A DNA stretch of 64,000 nucleotides from Nitrosopumilus sp. (GTDB lineage Archaea; Thermoproteota; Nitrososphaeria; Nitrososphaerales; Nitrosopumilaceae), in contig OZ243974.1 of NCBI GenBank assembly GCA_965214775.1, positions 1,248,001 through 1,312,000 of the forward strand, read 5' to 3'. The notes under the pieces were generated by a model that made no database searches, was not told the DNA's origin, and saw nothing but the letters and a program-made list of their open reading frames with translations. Every line of letters begins with the position of its first letter. The stretch's first letter is position 1. Shown here piece after piece: positions 29,080-39,869 of this stretch. The position numbers were made by a program, and so were the translations under genes.

Positions 29080-29515
29080 TGCCCCGCTGTACTGCAATGC
29101 CATGTGCGTGCTCCAGCCCTTGTTCTTTAACTCCGTTACTACAGCCACCTTTTGCCTGCCTGCCTCTAGGGTTTTTTTCAATACCGCGTTGGCCACGGCG
29201 TATTCCCCGACTATCTTCTTGAGCGACTCGATCTCTTTTTGCTGCCGCTCCTCTGTTGACTTGTGGCCCCTGCCTGATAGTGACGCGCGTCCGGCCTGCA
29301 AAAAGCGCTCCCTCCACTTGTAAAACGTCCTGGGGGAGAGGTTGTGGCGGCGGCACAGCTCTGCCGTCTCGATGCTGGTGTTGGTGAGGTGCTCCATGAC
29401 TATCCCTATCTTGTCTTGCGTACTCTGTGTTTTCCTAGTCATATTTGTGATTCGACCTCCTGACTCAAAAAGTGTGCGAACAAAGGCGTTCCTATTCTAG
29501 AGGGTATCGCACCAC
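29080..29515 (-). pseudogene. IS3-family left end and OrfA, truncated
   Basis: HTH LCRRHNLSPRTFYKWRERF followed by a coiled coil. Confidence 0.75.
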
Positions 29516-29557
29516 CACCCACCGTACCGGAGATGCGGAACTTGGCCCACATATTCC

Positions 29558-29838
29558 GTACAACATCAGGTTCTATTTATGCTGGCAAGCAAATACTTCC
29601 TAGATTCCTAGGCGGTTTAAATAGGATCTGATGCTGTACCGTATTCCTGACATGCCTGTAGCTGATGTCCAGCCCTTGGAATATCTGCGTGACCGGTACC
29701 GCCCTTTTTTCCCTGCCTTTCTATGTATCGAAGCGACTTTTCCTCCGGTCTTTTACTCATGTTTTTTGATCGGTACAGTCTAAAATAATCCTTCAAAGTA
29801 CGCCTGATCTTAGTCGGAATTAATTTTTGTACGACACA
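29558..29838. mobile_element. IS66-related MITE (29558-29639) in an IS481 left-end remnant
   Basis: GTAC TIRs, near-perfect 8-bp TSD catattcc/cgtattcc, IS481-like end tttttgtacgacaca. Confidence 0.65.
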
Positions 29839-29893
29839 AACAGACTGTTACAAAGACATGTTTTATAAAATGTGAGGAGAACACCAGCGTACC

Positions 29894-30760
29894 TTGGTTG
29901 CTCTGAAAAACATTCTCCCTGCACTGCGCATAAGGAAGGACACCTGCCTGAGTCTGCTGACCGTGTGCATAAAGACGTTCTGTCGGCCCAGCACGCTTTA
30001 TGCCACTCTTGACAACATCATTGTCAAGAGCAGGTATCATGATCTGAGCATCCTAGTAGCTGATGACAGCGATGACGATTACAAGAAAAAAAACGGGGAG
30101 ATTGTGCGGCATTTTAGAGGAATAAACAAAAACCTGAGGTTGCTGGAGATGCCGTTTGACGTAGGCCTCTCCAGGGGCAGAAACCTGCTTGTCGAAAACT
30201 GCAAGACAAAGTATGCGCTTATGCTAGACGATTCCAGACACTTCACTAGGGACACCAAGATTGAGAAAATGGTAGATTTTCTAAGGGAGACGGACTATCA
30301 TTTGGTGGGCGGGGTCATTCCCGGCAGAGGCAGAATCGACTCTCATTATACCGGCATGTTTGAAAAAATACGCCATGACAGCAAAAGCAACACGGTCAAT
30401 ATTTGGGTAGATACCATCCTAGAGAGAATCGATTATGACAAGATTCCGGTATTCAAGACGAATGTTACGCTGAATTGCTTTATTGCAAAAACCGAACTCC
30501 TGAGAAGGTGTAGATGGCGCGACGAGCTGAAAACCATGGAGCATGAAAACTTTTTTTTGGACTGGTACAACATGGGCTACAGATGCGCAGTCTCATTCCT
30601 GTGTCCTTTTGTAGAAAACTCTGCTGAAAGCAGGCAGTATCCGGCAAAATACCGCCACCTCAGATACGACCCTGCAAGAAACAACAAGACAGATCTAGGC
30701 TCCAGAGGAACCATACCGCTGGTAAACATCAACTATAACAGAGACGCGCTGCACTGCTGA
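29894..30760 (+). CDS. Glycosyltransferase family 2 (B4GALNT-like)
   Basis: IKTFCRP, VADDS, MPFDVGLSRGRN and WRDELKTMEH motifs. Confidence 0.75.
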   Translation: MVALKNILPALRIRKDTCLSLLTVCIKTFCRPSTLYATLDNIIVKSRYHDLSILVADDSDDDYKKKNGEIVRHFRGINKNLRLLEMPFDVGLSRGRNLLVENCKTKYALMLDDSRHFTRDTKIEKMVDFLRETDYHLVGGVIPGRGRIDSHYTGMFEKIRHDSKSNTVNIWVDTILERIDYDKIPVFKTNVTLNCFIAKTELLRRCRWRDELKTMEHENFFLDWYNMGYRCAVSFLCPFVENSAESRQYPAKYRHLRYDPARNNKTDLGSRGTIPLVNINYNRDALHC

Positions 30761-30819
30761 GTGTCAGCTGCATGCTGCATACGCATTGTATGCTGCATCT
30801 GCACGCCGTGGCGGAGCAG

Positions 30820-31172
30820 GGAGTTGATTCGAAATTAGCAGATTCTGATTATTTGTAAACGGATTTGCACAAAGCAGCTCAAAACACCAACAAAATACAA
30901 ATTATTTGTGAAATTACTTGAAAGATTCGTACGGTTTCTAATTTTGGATCACCTCTCTGATGACATGCCTTAGTACACACATCAAAAATTGGAACATAAT
31001 TTTGGCATATTGTGCCTATTTTGGCACAAAAATGTTTGATTTTCAACTGTGCGTACTAGTGATCTTCTTGTCCGACATCTTTCTTGTCATGTCTCTGCCT
31101 GATCGGTACAGTCTGAAATGCTCGGCGACCGTACGCCTTATCTTTAGGCGGATCTAATTTTTGTACAAAACA
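30820..31172. mobile_element. Cluster of MITE A, TA-type MITE H (30971-31058) and an IS481 left-end fragment
   Basis: Similar to 52731-52868, 50044-50130 and 3966-4039. Confidence 0.7.
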
Positions 31173-33019
31173 CGGCCCCGGTTTGCGTTATATGTTTATA
31201 GAGAACTGCGCATACGGCAAATATTGAAGATTATAGCATACCTGTGCGTGTACAACGAGGAGGACATACTGGAGGAGAACGTTCTTTACCACACCGCGCA
31301 GCAGGGGGTGGACATAGTCGTAATAGACAACGGATCAACTGACGCAACTGCCGATATAATCAAAAGGCTGGCAGGAGAGAACAGGATCCTAGATCATGTC
31401 AGGTACACAACAGAAAGATTTTCACTACAGCAGCTGACTAGGGCCGGGTTTGAGCTGGCCAGAAAGCACAATCCGGACTGGATAATACACCTGGATGCCA
31501 GCACGTTTCTTGAGAGCGGTTCCGGATCGGATGTGCCGCTAAGCGAGCAGATACGGAAGGCCGACGAGGCAGGATACAACGTCATCAGCCTGGCATCATA
31601 CGACTTTTACCCGACTGAGAGGGACGATCCGGACGAGTCCAGCGTATTCAAGCGGATGAAGTTCTATGCCAACACAATATACACAAACAGACTACAGGAG
31701 AAGATATTCAAGAACCTTGACGGACTGCTGACCCACAATGGACACAAGATCATATTTCCCAAATCCGCCGAAAAGAAGATATCTGACAAAAAGGCAGTCA
31801 TGCGGCATTACATATTCCGGTCTGCGCCCCACGGCGTAAGAAAGATCCTTGAGAGAAAGAACCGGTGGGATGCCGCCGAGCGTGCAGACAACCACCACAC
31901 CCACTATGACGGCTTTCTTGGATTTGAGGAGGAAATCCCGGTTCCATCTAGGCTCCTTGCGTTCAAAGACGAAGAGGGCGGATGGGACAACTCGATAACA
32001 TACAAAGAACCGCCCCCCCTTCCAACCGAAAAGTATGATATCAACAGGTCACATAGGTTTGACAGACTGCCATTCCGACATTCTGACTGCTGTTTCATTG
32101 TGGGATGTCCGGGTTCGGGAACCTCACTGCTAGGACATATTCTTGAGGGCAATGGCAGTGTCATCTGCTACGGCGAGCCGGCATGCTACGACTATCTGTC
32201 AGATGCGGCCCTGCCTGAGGAGGCCAACAAACAAAAGACTGAAAATGGCGTCCTGGCCTTCGAGTCTGCCGGTATTACAGAATACCTTGACAGTCCAGAC
32301 CGGGCTACAGAATATTCCAGAGGCCGCAGGTTTCCTCCCGCGTTTACATATGACGGCCAGCCGGTTTTATTCCTGGTCAGGGATCCAAGGGACGTATATC
32401 TGTACTTGACGGGGCTCAAATCGGATCCCTTACAGCGTGACGCGGCAGAAGCATGGGAGAAATACATAGATGACCTGGCAGCCGAGGCGAAGGCAAGGGG
32501 CGCCGATCCCGGAGGCGGACATCTCGGAAACCTATCTGCATTGAAAAACGCCGGCAAGCTCTCGCTTGCCGCAAAGGCCGCACTGTATTGGAAGATAAAG
32601 ACAGAGTCATTCTTCAGATATGACGAGCTGGGCTACAACCTGCATCTTGTCCTGTACGAGGATCTGTGCGTGTCGCCCGAGAAAAACCTCGAGGATATTT
32701 GCAACTTTCTAAAAATCCCGTTTGATTCGCAGATGCTAGAACATGACTCCATCAAGCGTGATGTTGGCAAGGGCGGGGTTGCAGATGACGCCCATGTGCG
32801 GCTCATAATGGATCCGGGAGACGCCATAAAATACAGGGGAAATGTTCCCATAGAGGAACAAAGGACAATCCTCTCGATTGCCGGCCCGACATACAAGAAG
32901 ATACAGCACAAATGGATCCAGCAGCTTGGAAAGCCGGACAAGCAGGCCGATGCGTTGGAGACAGCCAAGTCCTATCTTGCTGCCAGAGACGAGAGAATAC
33001 AGGAACTGCAGGAGGATCT

Positions 33020-33489
33020 TGACGAGAAGAACGTCTGGGCGCTGCGCCTTGACGAGGAGGCGGAGATCAAAGATAAGAAGATACGGGAACTTCAAAAGGA
33101 GTTGGACGAGAAGAACGTCTGGGCGCTGCGCCTTGACGAGGAGGCGGAGATCAAAGATAAGAAGATACGGGAACTTCAAAAGGAGTTGGACGAGAAGAAC
33201 GTCTGGGCGCTGCGCCTTGACGAGGAGGCGGAGATCAAAGATAAGAAGATACGGGAACTTCAAAAGGAGTTGGACGAGAAGAGCGTCTGGGCGCTGCGCC
33301 TTGACGAGGAGGCGGAGATCAAAGATAAGAAGATACGGGAACTTCAAAAGGAGTTGGACGAGAAGAGCGTCTGGGCGCTGCGCCTTGACGAGGAGGCGGA
33401 GATCAAAGATAAGAAGATACGGGAACTTCAAAAGGAGTTGGACGAGAAGAGCGTCTGGGCGCTGCGCCTTGACGAGGAGGCGGAGATCA
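33020..33489 (+). repeat. 78-bp tandem repeat, about 6 copies (26-aa coiled coil)
   Basis: ELDEK(N/S)VWALRLDEEAEIKDKKIRELQK units. Confidence 0.95.
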
Positions 33490-33864
33490 GGGACAGGGAG
33501 GCGGAGATCAAAGATAAGAAGCTGGGTGACCTTCAGAGGGAGTTAGACTCTACCAAAAAGACCATAGAGAACAAAGAGTCAGAGATGGCAGATCTGCTAC
33601 AGAAGATGCATGTGCAGAACGACGAATTTGAGGAGATCAGGCAGTCAGTCCTGTTCAAAACTGCATCAGGTCTTGCCAGAAAACTGGACAAGTTGTTCCC
33701 GCAGAATAGCAAAAGGGGCGAGATGTTCAGATTGTCCAAGGCATTGTTTGACATAGTCCAAAACGACGGATATGGGGCCCTTCTGAGAGCCTTTAGGGAG
33801 AAATGGCGCAGCAGATCCGAATCCCCTCCCCCCGAAGACACCAGCATCAGTTATGAAAAGACCA

Positions 33865-33980
33865 GGCAGCATCCTGATGACGCGTCTGCTGCCGACTCTG
33901 CAGAGCAGGCAGAGCAGTAGCAGGCGTCGATCAGGGGGCAGCATCCTGATGACGCGTCTGCTGCCGACTCTGCAGAGCAG
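33865..33980. repeat. Repeat-insert-repeat (44+28+44, period 72)
   Basis: ggcagcatcctgatgacgcgtctgctgccgactctgcagagcag occurs twice. Confidence 0.9.
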
Positions 33981-34280
33981 CAACAGCGCACCGCCGCCCT
34001 GGCCGAAAAAGTCAGGCGGTATTCGGAGACTGCCAGACTTGACGACCCCGGGCTGAGCTCAAGAATAATCTGCAACGAGCGCCTCGTCGAGCCTGATGAA
34101 GATCTTAGAAAACACATGCAGATCGGATCGGCGGAAATCCTCACACTTCCAAGAAATCCGAAGGTCAGTATAATCATTCTTACCCTCAACCAAACCGATT
34201 ATCTCAGAAAGAACCTAGAGTCAATAGAGTCAAAGACGACATACAAAAACTATGAGATCATTATTGTCACAAACAACAGA

Positions 34281-34390
34281 GGTACCAGCTCGGGCTCTGG
34301 AAGTTCAGGCATGAGTTTTGCTACCTCGGAGAGGCCTCCCGTAGATTCGTACCTGAAATCAGGAGCAGCTTCCAGAGCCCGACCTGTTAC
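34281..34390. mobile_element. MITE with GGTA-type ends
   Basis: Inverted repeat tcgggctctggaag/cttccagagcccga. Related end at 54392-54417. Confidence 0.6.
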
Positions 34391-34627
34391 GAATATTGTG
34401 AGAAAAGGATTCATGACAGAATAGGGCAAAAAAATTGGAAGATGGGTTTTACTGCAAATATTTGTCACGAGGATCCAAGAGACGTTCCCATGCTTCAGGT
34501 TGCGGATTACATAGCAAGTGCAACCCAGGGATTCATTGTTCACGGCGATGCGACGTTTTACAACGCGTACAGTAACAAATTGAGCTATCGTGAAAAATTG
34601 GACAGCAACGATAAGATAAGATGGTGA
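34391..34627 (+). pseudogene. DUF3800-like protein, C-terminal fragment
   Basis: PMLQVADYIA motif. Confidence 0.55.
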
Positions 34628-35290
34628 CTCTCGACCTACTTCTTCCAGCCTGTCCGAACAGACGTCATCGTTTCGGTCAAGATCCTATTGATTGTTCAAT
34701 AGACTTTACCCACCTGTTTGATATTCTCATGTCTGATATTAAAAGTATAAGCATGAGCAGTCTTGCACAGCCCTGATTTCAGGCTGTAGTATACGAAAAG
34801 TCGGTCCGCTAGTCATCTGCGTCCCTCTCCATCCATTTTGGATCCTTCCTCCTGATCGCATCGGTGGCCTCCTTGCTTCTAAACGCCAGAAGCGGCGTCT
34901 CACAGTTGGCAATGTCAAGCGAAAAGTGAAGCCTTCTCTCGTTGTAATAGTCCACGTACTGTTTCAGGCCGTCATAATGCCATATCTCCTCCTCGATGGT
35001 GCGATGAAACATTCCAGCTTGCCGTTGGTCTGCGGGTGGTAGGGCCTGGTGTTTATCAGGATGATGTCCCGTGTAAGCAGCTCCTCCTCAAAGAGCGTGG
35101 GCTGCCACGTCCCCCCGCCGCCGATGCGGCCTTTGGAGGCCGCTGCCTTTTTTCTGCCGTTCTGTCCTACAAAGCACGAGCCGTTGTCAGACAGTATGGA
35201 TGCAGGCGCACCAAACCGTTCAATCGCCAGCCTGAGCGTCATTACGGCGTTCTCAGATGTGGCATGCTCAAATAGTGCGGCCCCCGTAAT

Positions 35291-36825
35291 AGACTTTATG
35301 CATAATCGGCCCATCTGATCTAAAAATACGACACAATAGATCATTATTTGCACACCAACAACCCTAAAGATCTGTATGATTCCCTAACTGTATGGGCTCA
35401 AATGACAAGACTCTCCAAGCATTTCAAGCGTTACAAGCGCAACACGAGATGCTAGTCGAGCAACACGAGCAGGTATCCAAGCAAAACAAACAGATGTCCA
35501 AGCAAAACGAGCGTATGAGGAAGCAGCTTGCGTTTGAGGACTCACTGTGGCAGTCCGAAGAAAACAAGACAAAAAGAGTCGTGCGCGGCGGGACGCCTCT
35601 GCGGATGCACGCAATCGAGGTTGCAGACGGCATAATCGGCGATCCGGTGCGCCTTTGCAACGTCACGGGATGCACAAAGGAGTCATTTACGATCATACTG
35701 GAGCGCTTTACGGAAGAAGTCATGGACGACGAGGACAGGCCCCTGTTCTGGGAGGACGACGTAAGAGGCGGCGATGCCGGAAACCGGTGCAAGCTGTACA
35801 TCAGGCACGCGCTGCTTGCAGTACTCATGAGCATAAGGACCAAGGCAACGCAGCATCATCTGGCCGCAACGTTTGACGTCGACCAGTCCACAATGTCCAG
35901 GTACCTCCGGTACGGTGCCGTGTTACTGCGCCGGCTCCTGCCTGCCTCCGAAAAGCTAACAAGCATCATCTGCAAGACCCCGGCAGGCAAGCTGGAGGAG
36001 GTGCTGATCCCAAAAAAGACGCTCCTGATTGACGGTACCCTGACTCCGGTAGACAGGCCCGGGGACAGGACCGCAAGAAAGACCAGATACTCGGGAAGAA
36101 AAAAGCGGCACATGTTCAACACGATAATTACCTCGAACCTGGACGGCCTCATACTGCACTGCGGCAAGACTGTGGACGGAAGCGTCAACGACAAGGGCGT
36201 GATGAACGCAGGGGGCGGCCCGGACTTTGGAAGGCACACCGGATCAATGAGGAATGCAAAAAACGCAGACGATCCGGAAGAGGCGTTTGTGATTTACAGC
36301 GACCTGGGATTTGAGGGCATTCAAAAGATGCTTCCGGGCGCCATACACAGGCAGCCCCCAAAGAAGCCCAGGGACGGGGATCTTACTGCAACGCAAAAGA
36401 GGCGCCGCAAGCAGATAAGCAGGGTTCGCGTCAGGGTGGAGCACCACATAGGGCGGCTCAAAAGATATGGCATTCTTACCATGCCGTTTGGCGGAACTGC
36501 CAAGGATCTAAACTATTTCATGCAGATAATCACGGGTCTTGAGAACCTCAAGACGATGTTGAAAAGGAAAAAATACTATGGCCAGCTGCTGCAGCAGCTG
36601 CATCTGCTGCCAGACACATGACATACGGCGGTACGGACCGCCATTCTTTCTGACTTGTCAACGGGGCACATTGCCGTGCTGCATGGTTGCGCACGTTCTT
36701 TTGGCGCAACTGGCTTTTACGTGCGTCATGACACGAGATGCATGCGGTAATTTGATCCGATCAGCGCATTTGCGTTTGGAAAAGCCTACGGAATTTTTAA
36801 TCACGGTCGATTACGCATAAAGTCT
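35291..36825 (+). mobile_element. IS5-family ISL2-like element
   Basis: TIR agactttatgc, 3-bp TSD aat. Confidence 0.85.
35392..36621 (+). CDS. ISL2/Harbinger-like DDE transposase
   Basis: LIDGT, YSGRKKRH, DLGFEG and RVRVEHHIGRLK motifs. Confidence 0.88.
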   Translation: MGSNDKTLQAFQALQAQHEMLVEQHEQVSKQNKQMSKQNERMRKQLAFEDSLWQSEENKTKRVVRGGTPLRMHAIEVADGIIGDPVRLCNVTGCTKESFTIILERFTEEVMDDEDRPLFWEDDVRGGDAGNRCKLYIRHALLAVLMSIRTKATQHHLAATFDVDQSTMSRYLRYGAVLLRRLLPASEKLTSIICKTPAGKLEEVLIPKKTLLIDGTLTPVDRPGDRTARKTRYSGRKKRHMFNTIITSNLDGLILHCGKTVDGSVNDKGVMNAGGGPDFGRHTGSMRNAKNADDPEEAFVIYSDLGFEGIQKMLPGAIHRQPPKKPRDGDLTATQKRRRKQISRVRVRVEHHIGRLKRYGILTMPFGGTAKDLNYFMQIITGLENLKTMLKRKKYYGQLLQQLHLLPDT

Positions 36826-37440
36826 AATGCACCTTGAGGCATCGTCAAGATACGTGACTAGGTTGAGTCCCTTTAGGCGCGGATCCTTCATTTCATGCCA
36901 GTCTGCGTGCCACATCGCGTTGGAGTATTTGCGCTCAAAGCGGACGTATCCCCTCTTTTGATTTTGCCGCAGACCGAATCACCAGGTTGTTCTTCTTCAT
37001 TATGCGGTATACTGCACGGTAGCCTGTATTATGATTGTGCCTCAGCCTGCCTGTGGTGCGCAGTACGCCTGCCGGCTCGCCCTCGTGCGTCCCGGTCACC
37101 AGACGTATCTGGGCGGCCGTGACCGGGACATGCGGCCTGCCCATTTTCACGCGCGTCGTACCTGTTGCCTGGAACCTGGCCCACAACCTCCTTACATGCC
37201 TTGCCGTGATGTTCAAATCCCTGGCTATCTTGGAGGACGCGACGCCTTTCTTGCACTGTCTTACCAGGTACTGCCGTGACTCTTCTGTCAGTATTTTTTT
37301 CATGGTTTTTCGTGATCGGTACAGCCTAAAATAGCCCGCCATTGTCCTCCTGATCCTAGGCGGACCGACTTTTCGTACAATAGAGCGATTTTTTTGACCT
37401 CAAAGACTTTTAGCCATCACTATGGTCCTTCTAGATGCAT

Positions 37441-38913
37441 CTATGGATAGGCAACTGATTCAGCAATTGTAGAACCCAGCTCGGAGACTCTTATTCGCTT
37501 TTGTTCCATGGTGTCCCGCATCCTGATTGTAACGGTATCGTCTTCCAGCGTTTGATGATCCACAGTAATTGCAAACGGAGAACCAACCTCGTCTAATCTT
37601 CTATACCTTCTTCCTATGGCCCCCGAATGATCCAAAAACGCATCGCATCTTCTTTTGATTTGACGATAAATCTCGTCAGTTTTTTCTTTTAGCCCGTCCT
37701 TTTTAACCAGTGATAGCACTCCAACATGAGTTGGAGACAGGTAGGGCTTGAGCGACAAGACAGTTCGCTCATGCTCTTTGTCATCTCTCAAACTATGTTC
37801 CAAAATTGTGTACAGGCTTCTGTCAATCCCCATGGACATTTCAAAGACATGCGGAAGCACTTTTTCATCATTGTCCATCACCTCGAATTTCTCCTTGCTT
37901 TCCTTGGCATGACTAGACAGATCATAGTCTGATCTGTAGTTGCATGCTACCAACTCCAGCCATCCGACAGTGGTCTCAACCTCAAAATCAAAGGCGACCT
38001 GTGCATAGAATGCCTTTTCTTTGCCTCCCAGCCTCCTAAATCTGCTCTTTTCAACGTCGATTCCTGTTTTCTCATAAAATTCCATCAGGATTCCAAGATA
38101 ATACGCGACAAACTTGTTTGGAACGGCTCCTGACTCGACGGCCTCCCTGCATGTCATTGGAATCAGATGATCATCATCATCATCCCCGTCAGTCTGAACA
38201 CGGATCACGGTGTCTTCTACCTCAGAAAATCCGTCCATCTCCCCTAGTTTTGCAGGATTACAAAACACCTCGATTTCGGCCTGATAAAACTCCCTTAATC
38301 GCAGCAGGCTCTGTCTTGGGGCAATCTCATTTCTAAAACTCTTTCCTGTCTGTGCAATCCCCAGTGGCAATTTGCCTCTCATTGTTTTAAACAGTCTTGG
38401 AAAATCCACAAAGATTGACTGGCATGTCTCTGGTCTGAGATAGGCCTCCTCCTCTTCGGGGCCTATTCCGACTTTGAACATCATGTTAAAGTTTCTGGTT
38501 TTGTCGAAATCCCCCTTGCATTTCGGGCATTTAATACCGTGTTGAGAAATGGCAGCGTCAAATTCCTCCAAGTCGGCGCTTTCAGGAATCACCACGTTTG
38601 CAATATCTGCAATTGTCTTGTCTGCCCTGAACGTAGAATTGCATTTCCTGCATTTGATTATTGGGTCTGCAAAATTTCCCAAGTGTCCCGAAGCCTCAAA
38701 AACGGATTTTGACATTATCTGCGATCCGTCAATTTCCAGCATTCCGTCTCTTCGAACCAGTTCTCTTCTCCACAGTTCCAGAAACTTGTTTTTCAGGCTT
38801 ACCCCTGACGGGCCATACTCCCAGAAGCCTGCCTGGGCATCGCCGTAAACCTCACAGCTTGGAAAGTAAAATCCGCGCTCAAGTGCAAGCTTCATTACTG
38901 CCTCATAGTCCAT
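37441..38913 (-). CDS. glyS: Glycine--tRNA ligase
   Basis: ASGH, YLRPETCQ, SFRNEIAPR, REFYQAEIE and IGRRY motifs. Confidence 0.95.
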   Translation of the reverse strand: MDYEAVMKLALERGFYFPSCEVYGDAQAGFWEYGPSGVSLKNKFLELWRRELVRRDGMLEIDGSQIMSKSVFEASGHLGNFADPIIKCRKCNSTFRADKTIADIANVVIPESADLEEFDAAISQHGIKCPKCKGDFDKTRNFNMMFKVGIGPEEEEAYLRPETCQSIFVDFPRLFKTMRGKLPLGIAQTGKSFRNEIAPRQSLLRLREFYQAEIEVFCNPAKLGEMDGFSEVEDTVIRVQTDGDDDDDHLIPMTCREAVESGAVPNKFVAYYLGILMEFYEKTGIDVEKSRFRRLGGKEKAFYAQVAFDFEVETTVGWLELVACNYRSDYDLSSHAKESKEKFEVMDNDEKVLPHVFEMSMGIDRSLYTILEHSLRDDKEHERTVLSLKPYLSPTHVGVLSLVKKDGLKEKTDEIYRQIKRRCDAFLDHSGAIGRRYRRLDEVGSPFAITVDHQTLEDDTVTIRMRDTMEQKRIRVSELGSTIAESVAYP

Positions 38914-38946
38914 CTTGTTCTCTTTTAACCTTCACCGAATAAATTT

Positions 38947-39786
38947 CTACGCAAAACCCTTTGCAATTCTGACATTTTCAAAGTCGTCCCTGTCGCCATC
39001 GATTGGCGTCTCTAGAATGATCGGAATCTCCCTCTTGTTTGCAAATTTTACGACTGACGAAATGCCTTTCTCTCCGATACCGCCCAAACCCAGGTGGTGG
39101 TGCCTGTCTAGATTGCATCCAAGCCCGCCTTTGGCATCGTTTAGGTGCAGAATCTTGAGGTTCTTTAGGCCTACATGCCTGTCAAATTCCCCGAACGTCT
39201 CCTTGACATCTTTTTCTGTTCTCAGGTCGTATCCTGCAACAAACGCATGGCACGTATCAAAGCACACCCCGAATTTCTTTGAGGGTTTCAGCCGTTTGAA
39301 AATTTCCCCCAGTTGCCCAAAGTCAGAACCCACGGAATTTTTTTGCCCAGCCGTGTTCTCAAGCAGTATCACCACGTCATTTTCCGTCCTTCCTGCCTCA
39401 GTCAGCCCCCTTGTCAGCCGCTCAATCCCCGCCTCTTCTCCTGTTCCCAAATGGCTCCCCAGGTGGGTTACCAAATACGGAATTCCTAACTGCGCACATC
39501 TCTCAACCTCGCTAACCAGGGTCTTCAGAGATCTTTCAAAACCGTCCTTTTTTGGAGTTGCAAGGTTTGGCAGGTACGGCATATGGGCGCACGTAGCCAG
39601 CCTGTCAATCTTGCTTTCCTTTAACTTTGTTTTAAAACTGTCAACATCTTTTGCAGTCAGCGGCTTTGCGTGCCATCCCCTCGGGTTTCTTGTAAAGATT
39701 TGAAACGCCGTACATTCTCTTTTAACTGCGTTGTCAACTGCCATGTCAATCGAGCCTGAAATTGATACGTGGCAGCCGACTCTCAT
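38947..39786 (-). CDS. nfo: Endonuclease IV
   Basis: QIFTRNPRGW, LENTAG, DTCH, HLND and DRHHH motifs. Confidence 0.95.
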   Translation of the reverse strand: MRVGCHVSISGSIDMAVDNAVKRECTAFQIFTRNPRGWHAKPLTAKDVDSFKTKLKESKIDRLATCAHMPYLPNLATPKKDGFERSLKTLVSEVERCAQLGIPYLVTHLGSHLGTGEEAGIERLTRGLTEAGRTENDVVILLENTAGQKNSVGSDFGQLGEIFKRLKPSKKFGVCFDTCHAFVAGYDLRTEKDVKETFGEFDRHVGLKNLKILHLNDAKGGLGCNLDRHHHLGLGGIGEKGISSVVKFANKREIPIILETPIDGDRDDFENVRIAKGFA

Positions 39787-39869
39787 ACCCCGAGTCTCTT
39801 AAAACATAATTTAAACCAGCACTGCCATCTTAAAATCAGATTTTTATGTAAACCGGGTTATCTACTAGT

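Larger units (their letters stand above)
31161..34280 (+). pseudogene. Multidomain GT2 + sulfotransferase + coiled-coil + GT2 protein, split by an inserted stop at 33918-33920 and truncated at 34281
   Basis: VYNEED, IDNGSTD, IVGCPGSGTSL and LVRDPRD motifs. The frame continues past TAG into PKVSIIILT...YEIIIV. Confidence 0.75.
34785..37384 (-). mobile_element. IS481-family element, pseudogenised and interrupted by an ISL2-like IS
   Basis: TIRs tgtagtatacgaaaagtcggtccgc and gcggaccgacttttcgtacaata. Fragments homologous to 1671-2618. Confidence 0.85.

Noticed and set aside
28925-29080. Non-coding segment truncating IS3, as an IscB/TnpB omega-RNA
   Set aside because: No recognisable motif or adjacent nuclease gene, and only weak terminal symmetry.
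33020-33489. 78-bp repeats as a CRISPR array
   Set aside because: The units are contiguous and in frame, with no unique spacers.
38915-39703. Long antisense ORFs (also 19401-20195, 26818-27552, 28580-29323, 32736-33431, 51589-52458)
   Set aside because: They are shadows of well-supported opposite-strand genes.
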